Below the pieces are notes generated by a model. That model saw nothing but the letters and a program-made list of their open reading frames with translations, was not told the DNA's origin and searched no databases. From Candidatus Stahliibacteriota bacterium (GTDB lineage: Bacteria > Hydrothermota > Tepidihabitantia > B3-TA06), in the NCBI GenBank assembly GCA_004375895.1, contig SOJW01000069.1:2114-66113 (forward strand): a DNA stretch of 64,000 nt. Direction: 5' to 3'. The position numbers were made by a program, and so were the translations under genes. Numbering within the stretch: position 1 is the stretch's first letter; each line of letters opens with the position of its first letter. Shown here piece by piece: positions 9,182 through 20,132 of this stretch.

Positions 9182-9262
9182 CTTTCCCTGTAACCTTTTT
9201 GAGAGCAAACCAAGCCTCCTTGGCGGCTTTCCTCATGTAACCTTTTCGCCTTGACAACGCCC

Positions 9263-9688
9263 TCAAATTGCATAGTGCTCGTGCGGAACTGGTTTCCGTT
9301 TTGCATAGTCGCCGACAAAGTTCTTAAGACGTGTGTGGGAAGGTCTCTCCCCGTAAAGCAGATCAAACATCGCATTGCAGAACGAGGGCCTATCCAACTC
9401 CGGTTGATACAGAATCCCCAGGTCCCCTTTCATGGGAACACTGCGCCACAAGAGATTGTTGTCCTTGCCGATAGTATCCAGGCGTTCTATGAACTCATCG
9501 AACTTCTTCTCATCTATCAGTCTCTTTAGTTCCTTCTTGCTCAGGAGTTCCTTGGCTTTCTCAATGGTGGCTTTCTTGTAGCTGACTTCATCTTCCATGA
9601 ACTCAAGGTCGGAGAACCCTTTCCACTTCGGATACCATTTGTGCAGGAGCTCAACCAGCTCCTTGACCTTTTGTTTACTCAAATCCAT
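9263..9688 (-). pseudogene. Probable McrB-like protein, N-terminal fragment (AAA domain missing)
   Basis: SD GAGGAGGAG; FxxDEVSYK...NNLLW...DLLYG recalls N-termini of McrB-family GTPases; co-oriented with the mcrC tail at 4136. Confidence 0.5.
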
Positions 9689-9712
9689 GCTAACTCCTCC
9701 TCGGTGTAATTT

Positions 9713-12700
9713 CTAAATACGCTCCTCTACACAAACGTCCAAATCGCCTGCGGCGTAAGCGTTCATGTAGGCGATGATTAAATCCCTGGTGCGGTAGCGA
9801 CCGTACCGCTTTTCGTCTTCCCGTTTGACGATTGGGAAGGTTTCAAGTATCTCGCGGGCCTCACCGGTGTCCAACCCATACAGGATGAAGTACAGCGCAT
9901 CGAGCTGACAGCGCAGGTGGAAGCGGCGTTCCTCGTCCCACTTAAAGGGCGGCCTGGCCTTGCTCTTTTTATCCACATATCCCATGTCCCGTGCGAACCC
10001 GGCAAGGTCGTGGGCGGTGTAGCAAAGCTCAAGCACCTTGGGAGAGATGATGTCAATCAGCTTCTTACCGTGAAACTCTTCCTCGTACTTTTCAGGAGGT
10101 AGCACGGGCAACTGCTTGACGATAAAGAAGTTGAGATGAGTACCCATCATCTTATTTCTTGTAGCGTAATCAAAAGCGAAAGAACATAGGTTAGAAAGCA
10201 AGGGAGAAATTTCTTTGGCTGAGCGTTCTGTGAATATAAGCGGTAATTGGTTTCCAACTGCTGACCGAGGGAATATGGTCGCAACAAAGGTTCTTTCATT
10301 TGTTGCATTAGTAATATCTCGAAATCCAAGGAACCAATTTCTTCCTGTTTTGGCAAACTTCTTTAGCTCTAAATCGGATACCCAAAATCTCGGAGTGGGA
10401 GAGTATTCAGGTTTAAATTTCTCGGCTGACTCAACTTGATCAGATACTTGTCTGCCGATGGTTTTGGTTTCCTCTTGTTCCAGTTCTGCAAACCTGTGGT
10501 CAAAATGCCAAATCATCTTGCCTTCGTACAACGGAAGGTACTCCACGTCAGCTTTCTTGTATATGTTTCCCTCAACAAGGTAGAATTTGTCCTTCTCAAG
10601 CTCTGAAGCGGTGCGGAAAAGGTGTGAGTCGTTGGTCATGTCGAACATCCGCAGGAAAGAGATCCCCCAGGGGTTCTTTTCCTTCTTGCCGCTTTTGTCT
10701 ATAAGAATGGGCGCGTGCTCGTAAATCTTGCGTGTAAGCTCGTGGTCGCGCCTGCGCCGGAAGATCGGACAGGTGCGGGTGTTGGGATTGAAGAGCGCAA
10801 AGTCCTGGGGCTTAAGCTCAATCAACCTCTCGTCACTACCCGCAACAAGCTTCTCAAACTCTTCTTTATGGAGGAAGAACGCGGCGCTAATCTCATCTAA
10901 CTTGACCCCTGCGCCGCCGAAAAGAATCATGCTGAACTTGAAGCTACTATGACTATCTTCAAAAAACTTCTTCTTGTTTTCGAAATCAAGGAGAACTGCC
11001 AGTCTGTGATTATCTACAAGCTGTTGGAAGAAGTAACGAGTGGTGTTATCGGTAGCTATGCCGCTTGGGGTAAGGAATCCTACTCTTCCAATTTGCTTTA
11101 TGAGCTTTTCCGCCCGTTCCGTAAATACAGCATAGAAGTTGGTGTCCCCCCGCCCCATCAGTGGGTAGAATTCACTTCTATGAAGGTATTGAAGCACGCG
11201 GTCAGCATCATCTTTTGCCTCCAGGTATTCTTGCCACAATTCCGGGTTTTCTTCCTCCAACATCTTTATCATCTCTTTACGGTCAGCAGCCCTCGTTGCG
11301 AGCGCTATCTTGGATGAGCGTCCGGTAAAGAACTGCACCTCTTCCAGTCGAATCCGCTCCCAGGGTGGGTTACCTATCACAGCATCGAAGCCTGGGTCTT
11401 TCAGCCTCTTGGCGTCTTCATCAAAGTACGCTTCCGGGAACTCTAACTCCCAGTGGAAGAACCGGTGCTTTTCGTAGAGCCTTTGAACTTTCTTGAACCA
11501 ATCCTTTGCCCTCAACTTCTCAAACTCCTTATCCCGCTTCTCCTTGTCCTTTATTTGAAGATTAACGTGTGCCGACTCGTAATCCTCCCGGTCTATGTCA
11601 ATAAACCAATCGGCCATCCAAATGTCGGCAACTTCCCTGAATGGCCTGATGAGGTCTCGCGCTTCCTTGAGTAGATTTTCCTTGTGTTTAACATCATGTG
11701 CGGTACGTGAAGGAGTTCTCTCAATAAGAGTGTAGAGGCCTATAGCGTCTTTGATGAAGGGCATCAGGGGAGCTGAGAACAGTGCGGCTGTTGTGCCCGT
11801 TGGCGTCTTCTTCTCATGGCGCAATTTCTGAAGTGAATCGATGGTCGTTCCCAGGAGCGAGTCGCCCCAGCGCAGATGATGGTCAAGGAAGGAAAGAGCA
11901 TGGTCTTTTGCCACGGTCTCAATCCACAGCGAGACCTTTGCAAGCTCCACCGCAAGTTCGTTCTTGTCCACGCCAAAGATACAGTTCTCGACGATGCGGC
12001 GCTTGGCTATGCGATAGTCGTTGTCCTCTTCTTCCACTTCCTCTCCCGTAGAGAATTCGGTAAGCCGCTTGGCAAGATACTTGGTTGCGCTGACCAGGAA
12101 GTGCCCCGAACCCATGGCCGGGTCGAGCACACGCAGGGAAAGAATCTTTCGGGGAAGAAGCTCGTCCAGTTGCTTTTGAATCTTGAGAACCTCGCCTTCC
12201 ATGCCTTTTTGAGATCTACGCTTTTCAAGCAGTTTTTCCAGTTTCTCGCATTCCGGTTCAATCTCCTTCGCGCACCGTTCGATAATAGAGTCCAGGGTGT
12301 GTTCTACAATATAGTCTACAAGAATACTCGGTGTATAGTAAGAGCCGGAGGTTTTGCGTTCTCCTCGGTCGGTAACGGGATAGTACTCACCCTTCTTTAC
12401 CTGCTCCTTCAACCTCACCTTCTTTAGACCACGTGCCTCATTTACTGGTAGCCACCGTTCTTTACCATCCACAACAGCAGGTACAATATCATCCTCGGCA
12501 ACTTCCAGACGGTTCTCCAGAAGCCCCTCATAGATGCCGCCTAGCTTGTCGATGTCCAGGTAACCGTAGTCGATGAAGTGAAGAACCAGAAGGTTTTTCT
12601 TCTTGGGAGCACGGGAAAGCAGGTCAATGACCTCAGCCAGGTAGCGGTCTGTAATAGTCCAGTCTTCTTTAAAGTAACCGGGGTCGAAAAGCCTACCGTT

Positions 12701-13849
12701 GTACGCAGGAACCTCAAATTCTTCCTTGGGGATGTTGAAGTGTTCGCTACCGTTATCCACGAGACGGAACAATTTCTTGAGCTTCGCCAAAAGCTCTGAG
12801 CCGATGGTGTCGAACCTGGAGTAATTGCGTTTGGATAGGTCGTCTCCTGCCTTCTCCTCTATAAGATGACGCAGACCCCATAGGCTGTAGTCTTCGTCAT
12901 AACGTTTGTTGCCTCGTGGCAGGAGACGCTCTTGAGCCTTGTACGGCTTGGATTCGGCGAAGAGAATGAAGAGCAGGCGGTAGATGAGTATAAAGGACTT
13001 CTTTCGGATTAACTCCTTGTCTCGCTCTCTGTTGAGGATATTTGGGTTTGATTTAACAAACCCCTCAGCCAGGATACGCAGCGCCTTGTATGCGTTCTCC
13101 TTGAGGTCTTCGCTGACCACCAGTTCGTAATCAACTGATTCGTTGAGCACTTTCTGGAGGAAGTCAGGGAACGCTTGCCTGCGGAAGAACAGGTAGAAGT
13201 ACTTGAAGGCGTCAAGTTGGGAGATGAGTTTGTAGTCGAGGCTTTGCTGACCTGATGGGTCAAGGATACGCACCAGGTCAACCTCGTACCACTTCTCCAG
13301 ACCTTTGCTCTGCTCACGTTCATAGATTCGCCATAGACGGCCATTGGTCAGGACGCCCCACTGGATGCCGGTGCGCAGGAGATAATCCGTAACCTGTAGC
13401 GATGGGTTATTAGGGTCATCGGGAAGTTTGCGGTCCAGTGGACGTTCCCAGCGTTTAGCTTCGAGGATTCCGATTGAGTCCTTGAACACTTCCGGGCTTT
13501 TGATATGTTTATAGGCTTCTCTTTTTGCGGCATCGGTGGGATAGAGGCCATAGTCAGGCACCCATCTTTTCTTGGGACTTCTTTTAGTGGGGCGCAGGAC
13601 GTAGTGAGGATTTATGATGTCAAGGATAGGTTCGATGAACTCCTTTTCAATGGCATCTTCAGATACATCGGGGCTTAGAATGTCTTTCTTGTCTTGGTAC
13701 AGCTTCTGAATACGTTCAAAGGCGTCCTTGGCTTCTTCCTCAATCTCGGCCCATACGTCCAATTCGGGTAGAATGTCGTTCAGGTAGTGGTCTGCGAAGA
13801 GACCGTGGTTCGAGTGCGCGTATTGAATCTTCACGCCGTCCTGTAGCAT
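9713..13849 (-). CDS. Fused type IIG (Eco57I-like) restriction endonuclease-methyltransferase
   Basis: PDY...ILEAK nuclease, SGSYYTP, DPAMGSGHFL (motif I), GNPPW (motif IV), C-terminal TRD; start set at the ATG 6 nt after TTGACA-N16-TATGCT. Confidence 0.93.
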   Translation of the reverse strand: MLQDGVKIQYAHSNHGLFADHYLNDILPELDVWAEIEEEAKDAFERIQKLYQDKKDILSPDVSEDAIEKEFIEPILDIINPHYVLRPTKRSPKKRWVPDYGLYPTDAAKREAYKHIKSPEVFKDSIGILEAKRWERPLDRKLPDDPNNPSLQVTDYLLRTGIQWGVLTNGRLWRIYEREQSKGLEKWYEVDLVRILDPSGQQSLDYKLISQLDAFKYFYLFFRRQAFPDFLQKVLNESVDYELVVSEDLKENAYKALRILAEGFVKSNPNILNRERDKELIRKKSFILIYRLLFILFAESKPYKAQERLLPRGNKRYDEDYSLWGLRHLIEEKAGDDLSKRNYSRFDTIGSELLAKLKKLFRLVDNGSEHFNIPKEEFEVPAYNGRLFDPGYFKEDWTITDRYLAEVIDLLSRAPKKKNLLVLHFIDYGYLDIDKLGGIYEGLLENRLEVAEDDIVPAVVDGKERWLPVNEARGLKKVRLKEQVKKGEYYPVTDRGERKTSGSYYTPSILVDYIVEHTLDSIIERCAKEIEPECEKLEKLLEKRRSQKGMEGEVLKIQKQLDELLPRKILSLRVLDPAMGSGHFLVSATKYLAKRLTEFSTGEEVEEEDNDYRIAKRRIVENCIFGVDKNELAVELAKVSLWIETVAKDHALSFLDHHLRWGDSLLGTTIDSLQKLRHEKKTPTGTTAALFSAPLMPFIKDAIGLYTLIERTPSRTAHDVKHKENLLKEARDLIRPFREVADIWMADWFIDIDREDYESAHVNLQIKDKEKRDKEFEKLRAKDWFKKVQRLYEKHRFFHWELEFPEAYFDEDAKRLKDPGFDAVIGNPPWERIRLEEVQFFTGRSSKIALATRAADRKEMIKMLEEENPELWQEYLEAKDDADRVLQYLHRSEFYPLMGRGDTNFYAVFTERAEKLIKQIGRVGFLTPSGIATDNTTRYFFQQLVDNHRLAVLLDFENKKKFFEDSHSSFKFSMILFGGAGVKLDEISAAFFLHKEEFEKLVAGSDERLIELKPQDFALFNPNTRTCPIFRRRRDHELTRKIYEHAPILIDKSGKKEKNPWGISFLRMFDMTNDSHLFRTASELEKDKFYLVEGNIYKKADVEYLPLYEGKMIWHFDHRFAELEQEETKTIGRQVSDQVESAEKFKPEYSPTPRFWVSDLELKKFAKTGRNWFLGFRDITNATNERTFVATIFPRSAVGNQLPLIFTERSAKEISPLLSNLCSFAFDYATRNKMMGTHLNFFIVKQLPVLPPEKYEEEFHGKKLIDIISPKVLELCYTAHDLAGFARDMGYVDKKSKARPPFKWDEERRFHLRCQLDALYFILYGLDTGEAREILETFPIVKREDEKRYGRYRTRDLIIAYMNAYAAGDLDVCVEERI

Positions 13850-13962
13850 AAAGTGAGCATACAAAAAAATATAAAGATGTCAATGAAGCAAGCTTTACTT
13901 GACAAGTCCTGCCTCCAAGCTATAGTCAAGTGGCCCTTGGCGGCAGATCAGGAGGAGAAACT

Positions 13963-14724
13963 ATGCGAGAACAAGTAATCGAAGCGGCCAAAGAGGTCTT
14001 TCAGACGCTTGGCCCGGGATACCTTGAAGCAGTTTATCAGAACGCTCTGGCTCACGAGCTTAGGCTGAGGGATATTCTTCACCAGCGAGAATACAACACA
14101 CAACTTCTATATAAGAGACATGAACTAGGGATTATCAGAGTTGACCTGGTTGTTGGTGGTGATCTGATTGTGGAGTTGAAAGCGGTGAAGAAGGTTACAG
14201 AAAGCCACAAGCAACAGGTTCGTGCCTATCTGGTCTCGACCGGATTTACCAAGGGGATTCTGGTTAACTTCCCGCCAGAAGGGGAGGAAGTGGAGGTGTT
14301 CGACGAAACCCGTGACGATTCAGTTCTTGTGGAACCGATCTGTAGCTTCAAGGGGAAGGCCATAGAGAAGATCGCCAAGGCCGCTGAGGAGGTTGCCAAT
14401 AATCTTGGTGCGGAGTTTTTCTATCAGCCGAAACAGAAATCAGACTACTACCTTAAGGCTCTCAAAACCGAGTTTAGGCTATGTGACCTCCCCTACGAGG
14501 AGAGAACCTTTGAGCTGCTCTACAAGGACTTCGTAGTCAACGAGGACACCGTGCTTATCGTGGACAAGCGTTATCTGCTGGATGTTATCTCTAAAGATGA
14601 GATAGACGAGGATACCATTGCCGAGTATCGCTGGAGATGGAGGCCAACCGGCTTGAGGCAGGGAGTTCTCATAAATATACGTCCGGATACGGCGCTGGTG
14701 GAGATAGAACGGTTCAAGGTGTGA
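13963..14724 (+). CDS. GxxExxY (PD-(D/E)xK) protein with tandem duplicated domain
   Basis: GPGYLEAVY, IVELKA, GILVNF; a degenerate second copy ends GVLINI; SD GGAGGAG. Confidence 0.88.
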   Translation: MREQVIEAAKEVFQTLGPGYLEAVYQNALAHELRLRDILHQREYNTQLLYKRHELGIIRVDLVVGGDLIVELKAVKKVTESHKQQVRAYLVSTGFTKGILVNFPPEGEEVEVFDETRDDSVLVEPICSFKGKAIEKIAKAAEEVANNLGAEFFYQPKQKSDYYLKALKTEFRLCDLPYEERTFELLYKDFVVNEDTVLIVDKRYLLDVISKDEIDEDTIAEYRWRWRPTGLRQGVLINIRPDTALVEIERFKV

Positions 14725-14912
14725 AGCCCCTTCAGGGGTGATTCTCTTGACAGGGGAAAGAAACAGGCTATTATAAGAAACAAAAAGGAGTTTACAATGC
14801 GAAAAAAAGAAAAATACCGGTGAAAGATGGGGCTAAAGACAAACTCGTCAGATTTTTCAGGGTGATCTCTTGGCTAGACAAGAAAGGGGGGGGTTGTGAG
14901 AAAAGAGTCTAA

Positions 14913-15005
14913 TACCAACCCCCACGACCTCTTGACGAGATCGAGGCTGACATAAAAAAGGTGGAGACAGAAATCATGGAGATGTTAAAGGAGGTGACAG
15001 AATGA
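14913..15005 (+). pseudogene. hsdM: Type I R-M HsdM C-terminal stub
   Basis: YQPPRPLDEIEADIKKVETEIMEMLKEVTE*, typical HsdM tail; ATGA overlap with the next gene. Confidence 0.75.
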
Positions 15006-16874
15006 GACCTATCAGAGATGCAGATGATAGAACCGTCGGTTACATACTAAAGGAAAGAAAGTATGGTGTAGATGAATACCAAAGAGAATATGACTGGGAC
15101 TCAAAGAACATCCAAGAGCTAATTGATGATCTTTATTCTAAGTTCTTGTCCAATTACGATGAGAATCATGAAAGAGAAGAGGTTGAAAAGTATGATGGAT
15201 ACTTCCTTGGTTCTATAATCTTAAGTCGTCGAGAAGGAGTAAGGAAGAGATTTCATAATCGACGGTCAACAGCGTTTAACCTCACTTACCTTACTTCTTA
15301 TATACCTCCACCACTTACAAAAACAATCAGCAATTGAGAGCCCAATCAATCTAGAACCATTCATTTTATCAACAAAGTTTAGTAGACAATCATTCAATAT
15401 GGATATCCCTGAGCGTAGAAAATGTTTAGAGTCTTTACTGAACGTCGGTTCTTATGAGATATCCCAGGAAGACGATCAATCCGTTCGGAATCTTGTCGAT
15501 CGTTATGCTGATGTCGAACAGAATTTCCCCGAAGAACTGAAAGGGACTGCCTTACCATATTTTATCGATTGGCTACTTGAAAAGGTAATTCTGGTTGAGA
15601 TTATGGCTGAATCCGATGATGATGCTTACACAATCTTCGAAAGTATGAACGACCGAGGCAAACAATTAAGTCCTACTGATATGCTGAAGGGGTATTTAAT
15701 AAGTCAAATAGATGTCTCAGAACGTTCGCGGGTTAACGAAGTATGGAAAAAGAAGATCCTCTCGTTGATAAAACTCGGCAAGGAAGAAGAATCCGACTTC
15801 ATTAAACACTGGCTGCGTGCGAAATACGCCCGTGGAATAAGAAAGAAAGAAAAAGGTGCTCCAAAAGAAGATTTCGATATTATCGGCACTACTTTTCATA
15901 GTTGGGTTAAGGGTAACAGGGAATCTATTGGTCTGAATAGACCCACGGATTTCTATGATTTCGCACATACCTTATTTTCCCACTTCGCCGATGAGTATTT
16001 ACGAATTCGTAAAGCAGCGCAGGCATTTGATGATGAGTTGGGTGTTGTTTTCTATAATGCTGACAATAACTTCACTTTACAGTATCCAGTGTTGCTTGCT
16101 CCAATCCGACAGAAGGACGATCTCGAAACTCGAAATCGCAAGATTCGACTCGTTGCCACGTATTTAGATATCATGATAGCCCGTCGAGCAATCAACTACC
16201 AAACTCTGAATTACTCCTCTATGGCTTACAATATGTTTCTTCTCATCAAGGCTATTCGAGATTGCTCACTTTTGGATCTTCACAATGTGCTCAAACAAAA
16301 ATTATTTGAACTTGATTCAGATTTCAGTGGCACAAAAGACGGCAAAAGACATGGATTCAAGGAATTCGAATTAAACCAATGGAGTAAACGTTACATAAAA
16401 CACATACTTGCCAGGATAACGTCTTTCATAGAAACGCAGTGCGGAGAACCCAACCGTTTTCCTGAATATGTTGACAAGGAAAGAAAAGACCCCTTTGAAA
16501 TAGAACATGTCTGGTCAGATCATTTTGAAGAACACAGGGATGAAATTAATACACTAGAAGATTTTAGACGTATCAGAAACAGAGTCGGTGGGCTTCTTCT
16601 TTTACCCAAAAGTTTTAACGCCAGTTTTAACGATTCAACCTATGAGGAGAAGTATGAGCCATATTTTGGGCGGAATCTTTTAGCGAAAACTCTGAATCAC
16701 AAGTGTTATGATATGAATCCTAAATTCAATAGATTCAAGGAGGAAAGCGGTCTCAAATTTAGATTTCATAAGGAGTTCAAGAAGGCTGACCTCTTGGAAA
16801 GACAAAAGCTATATAAAGCCCTCTGTGAGCAGATCTGGGATCCCGCCCGTCTAGATCGGGAGGCAAACGCATAA
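15002..16874 (+). pseudogene. gmrSD: GmrSD-like type IV restriction enzyme (DUF262 + DUF1524), frameshifted
   Basis: YQREYDW and YFLGSII in one frame; IIDGQQRLTSL, FESMNDRG and EIEHVW in the next; shift at about 15243-15260. Confidence 0.85.
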
Positions 16875-16879
16875 TCGAG

Positions 16880-16948
16880 ATGATCGCTAAACAGACAAAA
16901 TCCCGCTGGAAGCCCTACCCGGCATACAAACCCTCAGACATCCCATAG
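16880..16948 (+). pseudogene. hsdS: Type I R-M HsdS N-terminal stub
   Basis: MIAKQTKSRWKPYPAYKPS* matches the KPYPxYKxS start of HsdS proteins. Confidence 0.65.
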
Positions 16949-16957
16949 CTGAAAACC

Positions 16958-17197
16958 TTGAATACTCGAAGTGGCCCTGATGGCTTTGATCAAGAAAGTG
17001 GACAGGCGCTTCGTTACATGGGATGGGTGATGAAACACATGGCCAAACCTGAAGAAGAAGTTAAAGGTCTTGTTATTGCCCATGAAGCCGATAAGAAACT
17101 GCTGTATGCTTTGGTTGCGATTCCAAACGTATATCTGAAGCTCTATGATGTAAGTTTTTGTTTAAGGAAGTCCCCAGGTCTTAAAGCGGAAGATTGA
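16958..17197 (+). pseudogene. NucS-like PD-(D/E)xK endonuclease C-terminal fragment
   Basis: GQALRYMGWV...VKGLVIA; catalytic N-terminal part missing. Confidence 0.65.
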
Positions 17198-17261
17198 GAA
17201 GGCTAAACAGAGAGTAATTATTCATCTGAACAAAAAGCTGCTCCTTTAAGGAGGTGAATGA

Positions 17262-18407
17262 ATGAGTAACAGAAACCTGAAGCGCTGTTTGCGTATCAGA
17301 AACCATATTAGAGACGAGGAACCGCATGGCTACCGCGAGATTGATGTCTCTGACTGGGAGCCGGGAGGGAATTTTATTGGACTCTCAACCGGCGAGGATT
17401 TCCCTGAAGGGGAGGAGTGGTTTTTGTATTATCCCTGGCAAGGCGAGACGAAAATAGATCATCGCTTTGAGAACGGACGGCTTTGGGTAAACGGTCGCGT
17501 CGTGGGCATAGACCTCCGCGAGGTAGGGCTGGACGACCTTGAAGACAAAACGACTATAGTCACAGTTAAGGCTCTCCCAACGCAATTAACCCAGGTGCAA
17601 AAACTACCTAATGTGCTTGTGCTTGAGATAGTCGAAGGAGAAGGAGATCTATCCCCGTTAGCCAAGTTGACTACCCTTACAAAGTTAACGATGTGGCCGA
17701 GAATAAATGATACCCACCTTGCTTATGTGGAGCGGCTGATCAACCTGAGAGAATTGCACGTTTACTCCGACAGAATCACGGAGGCAGGACTGATCTATGT
17801 GAAGGGACTAAAAAAACTCAGGCATCTGGACTTGTTGCCGCTCGGAAACGGAAATGGTTGGCTGACCGATGCGGGACTGGGTTACCTCTCGAATCTCGTT
17901 AATCTGAGAGAGCTCAGTTTGTTTTGGGAAAAGATTACCGACAAAGGATTAAGCCACATCGAAGGAATGACCGAGCTCACCCAGTTAACCCTGGATGGCA
18001 ACAACATTATGGATGATGGACTTAAGTATCTCAGAAACCTATCTAAGCTAGAGCATCTCTCCTTGGACTCCACCAGGATTACCAATGATGGCCTTAAACA
18101 CCTAAGCCATCTTACGAATTTGAAGGAGCTGTCCCTTATGGCTACGGCTATATCTGACGCGGGTCTTAAACACATCGAGGGGTTGCAGTCTCTTGAAAAG
18201 CTGGTTCTCATCGACACTCAGATTACCGATGCCGGGTTGAAGGAACTGGAGGGGTTGTCTAACCTGAAACTCGTTAACTTGAGCGAGACAAAAGTCACAA
18301 AAAAAGGAGTTGAGAGGTTCAAGAAGATACTGCCTAACTGTGTAGTTATGGAGAATGTGAGGAAGATTCGTTCGTCTAAATCTCGGTACACGTCCGGGAG
18401 CGGGTAG
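17262..18407 (+). CDS. Leucine-rich repeat protein
   Basis: About nine 24-aa LxxLxL..ITDxGLxxL repeats; SD AAGGAGG. Confidence 0.92.
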   Translation: MSNRNLKRCLRIRNHIRDEEPHGYREIDVSDWEPGGNFIGLSTGEDFPEGEEWFLYYPWQGETKIDHRFENGRLWVNGRVVGIDLREVGLDDLEDKTTIVTVKALPTQLTQVQKLPNVLVLEIVEGEGDLSPLAKLTTLTKLTMWPRINDTHLAYVERLINLRELHVYSDRITEAGLIYVKGLKKLRHLDLLPLGNGNGWLTDAGLGYLSNLVNLRELSLFWEKITDKGLSHIEGMTELTQLTLDGNNIMDDGLKYLRNLSKLEHLSLDSTRITNDGLKHLSHLTNLKELSLMATAISDAGLKHIEGLQSLEKLVLIDTQITDAGLKELEGLSNLKLVNLSETKVTKKGVERFKKILPNCVVMENVRKIRSSKSRYTSGSG

Positions 18408-18716
18408 AGTAAATAGTGTTTACATTATACCATAATGTAATGAAACTGGACACTATGGGGTAAGCATTCCGAGTCTTTGTCGCGTAAGATTTTTCAGAGG
18501 GATACGTTCAGGTAAACAAAACTTTACCCCAGTGCGTCTTAATAGTATGATGAAGTTAGAGAGATTAAAGGCTCTAGCGTGTAAACGCGTTTCAACCTGC
18601 TATACTCGCGGCGCCGCAGGTAGATTAAACACCACCATACGAGCGTACGTGACTATAGGACTATCTTTATAAACCTATCTCTGGTGAGGAAGCAAGGTAG
18701 TAGAAAGGAGGCCGTC

Positions 18717-20132
18717 ATGGCTTCAAGAATATCCCGCGAAAAGAAAAGGGGACCTTGGGTAAGGTACTTGATGTTGCTTGCATTACTTCTGATCCCGAGC
18801 TTTCTCCTTTCCGCATCTTCCTCGAACAACTTTTTCAAAAAGGCCGAACGCTACACTGTCCGTGTCTATTCAAGCACCATCGTGGCGCTTGAGGGTGCCG
18901 AGCGGGGCTCTTCGGAAGGCTCCGGATTCGTGGTACACATCGATCGCAGGGAAGGGGTTGCCTACGTGGCCACAAACAAGCACGTTATAGACGAGGGTAT
19001 CAGCTCCATCCAGGTAAGCTTCAAGGACGGCGAACGCTTCCCGGCTACCCCTATCTATATAGATCCGGTCTATGACTTCGGGATGATCAAGTTCGAGCTG
19101 AATGAGTCAGGGGTCCCGGCTAACGCAGTCTCTGCCGAGCTGGGGCGCTCCAGAACAGTCGAGGTAGGCCATCCGGTGGGGACCTTCGGCAACCCGATGT
19201 CCCTTGAGTACTGCGCCACCGAAGGGATTATCTCAAGCGTCACCAACAGCCCCTGGGGCTACGACGGAGCGTTCCTGCAGACCGATGCGGCTATCAATCC
19301 CGGCAACTCAGGCGGGCCGCTTATCTCGCTTCGAAACGGCAAGGTGATCGGCATAAACACAGCCGTCAGTGACGAAAGCGAAGGCATCGGCTGGAGCCTG
19401 GCCGTAGATCAACTTAAGCCTGTCATCGAACAGGTGATCGCGGGCGAACTCCCCTATGCAGGCCGCATGGGCTGGCTGGGAGTCAACCTTGAGGAGATAA
19501 ACCTTGACCGGGCCAGGGAAGACTTTGGCGCGCAATATGGTTTTAACCATCCTCGTAAGGCGCTCCTGGTGATCGACGTATTCCCCAAGACTCCGGCTGC
19601 GAGAAGCGGGCTCCAACCAGGCGACGTGATCTATTTAATCAACTGGATGATGCCGCAGGACTACGCGGACTATCTTGCCATGATGAGGGATGTAGCCGGG
19701 CAGAACTGCGAGATGCTTCTCTATCGGTTGGGCCAAGAGATCGAATTGGAAGTCGAGGTAGAAGATCGTGGCGAGCTTCGCCCCAAGGAGTATGTAGCTT
19801 TTGCCGGGATGACCATTCAGCCTACTTCTCCCACCGTTTACGAAAGCTACTATTCCATGTTCTCGCTGGAGTGCGTCTTTATAAGTGATGTGCTTGAAGG
19901 AAGCTCTGCCGAGGCATGGGGCATGTACAGCGGCTACCCTATTCGCGGAGCCATAGTCAATCTCAACTATCATCAGATCAAGTCTCTGGACGATTTCTGG
20001 AACGCAGTTAAGGACGTTGCACCGGGCCAACCGGTGGAGTTCTTCGTTGGCAGCCCGGACAACGGCTGGATAATCAAGGTTGTCTACTACTACCCCAGCG
20101 AGGCCCCCTTGCGAGAAAGGGTAGAGCACTAA
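18717..20132 (+). CDS. HtrA/DegP-family serine protease with PDZ domains
   Basis: Signal/TM segment; TNKHV, DFG, TDAAINPGNSGGP; WLGV PDZ. Confidence 0.92.
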   Translation: MASRISREKKRGPWVRYLMLLALLLIPSFLLSASSSNNFFKKAERYTVRVYSSTIVALEGAERGSSEGSGFVVHIDRREGVAYVATNKHVIDEGISSIQVSFKDGERFPATPIYIDPVYDFGMIKFELNESGVPANAVSAELGRSRTVEVGHPVGTFGNPMSLEYCATEGIISSVTNSPWGYDGAFLQTDAAINPGNSGGPLISLRNGKVIGINTAVSDESEGIGWSLAVDQLKPVIEQVIAGELPYAGRMGWLGVNLEEINLDRAREDFGAQYGFNHPRKALLVIDVFPKTPAARSGLQPGDVIYLINWMMPQDYADYLAMMRDVAGQNCEMLLYRLGQEIELEVEVEDRGELRPKEYVAFAGMTIQPTSPTVYESYYSMFSLECVFISDVLEGSSAEAWGMYSGYPIRGAIVNLNYHQIKSLDDFWNAVKDVAPGQPVEFFVGSPDNGWIIKVVYYYPSEAPLRERVEH

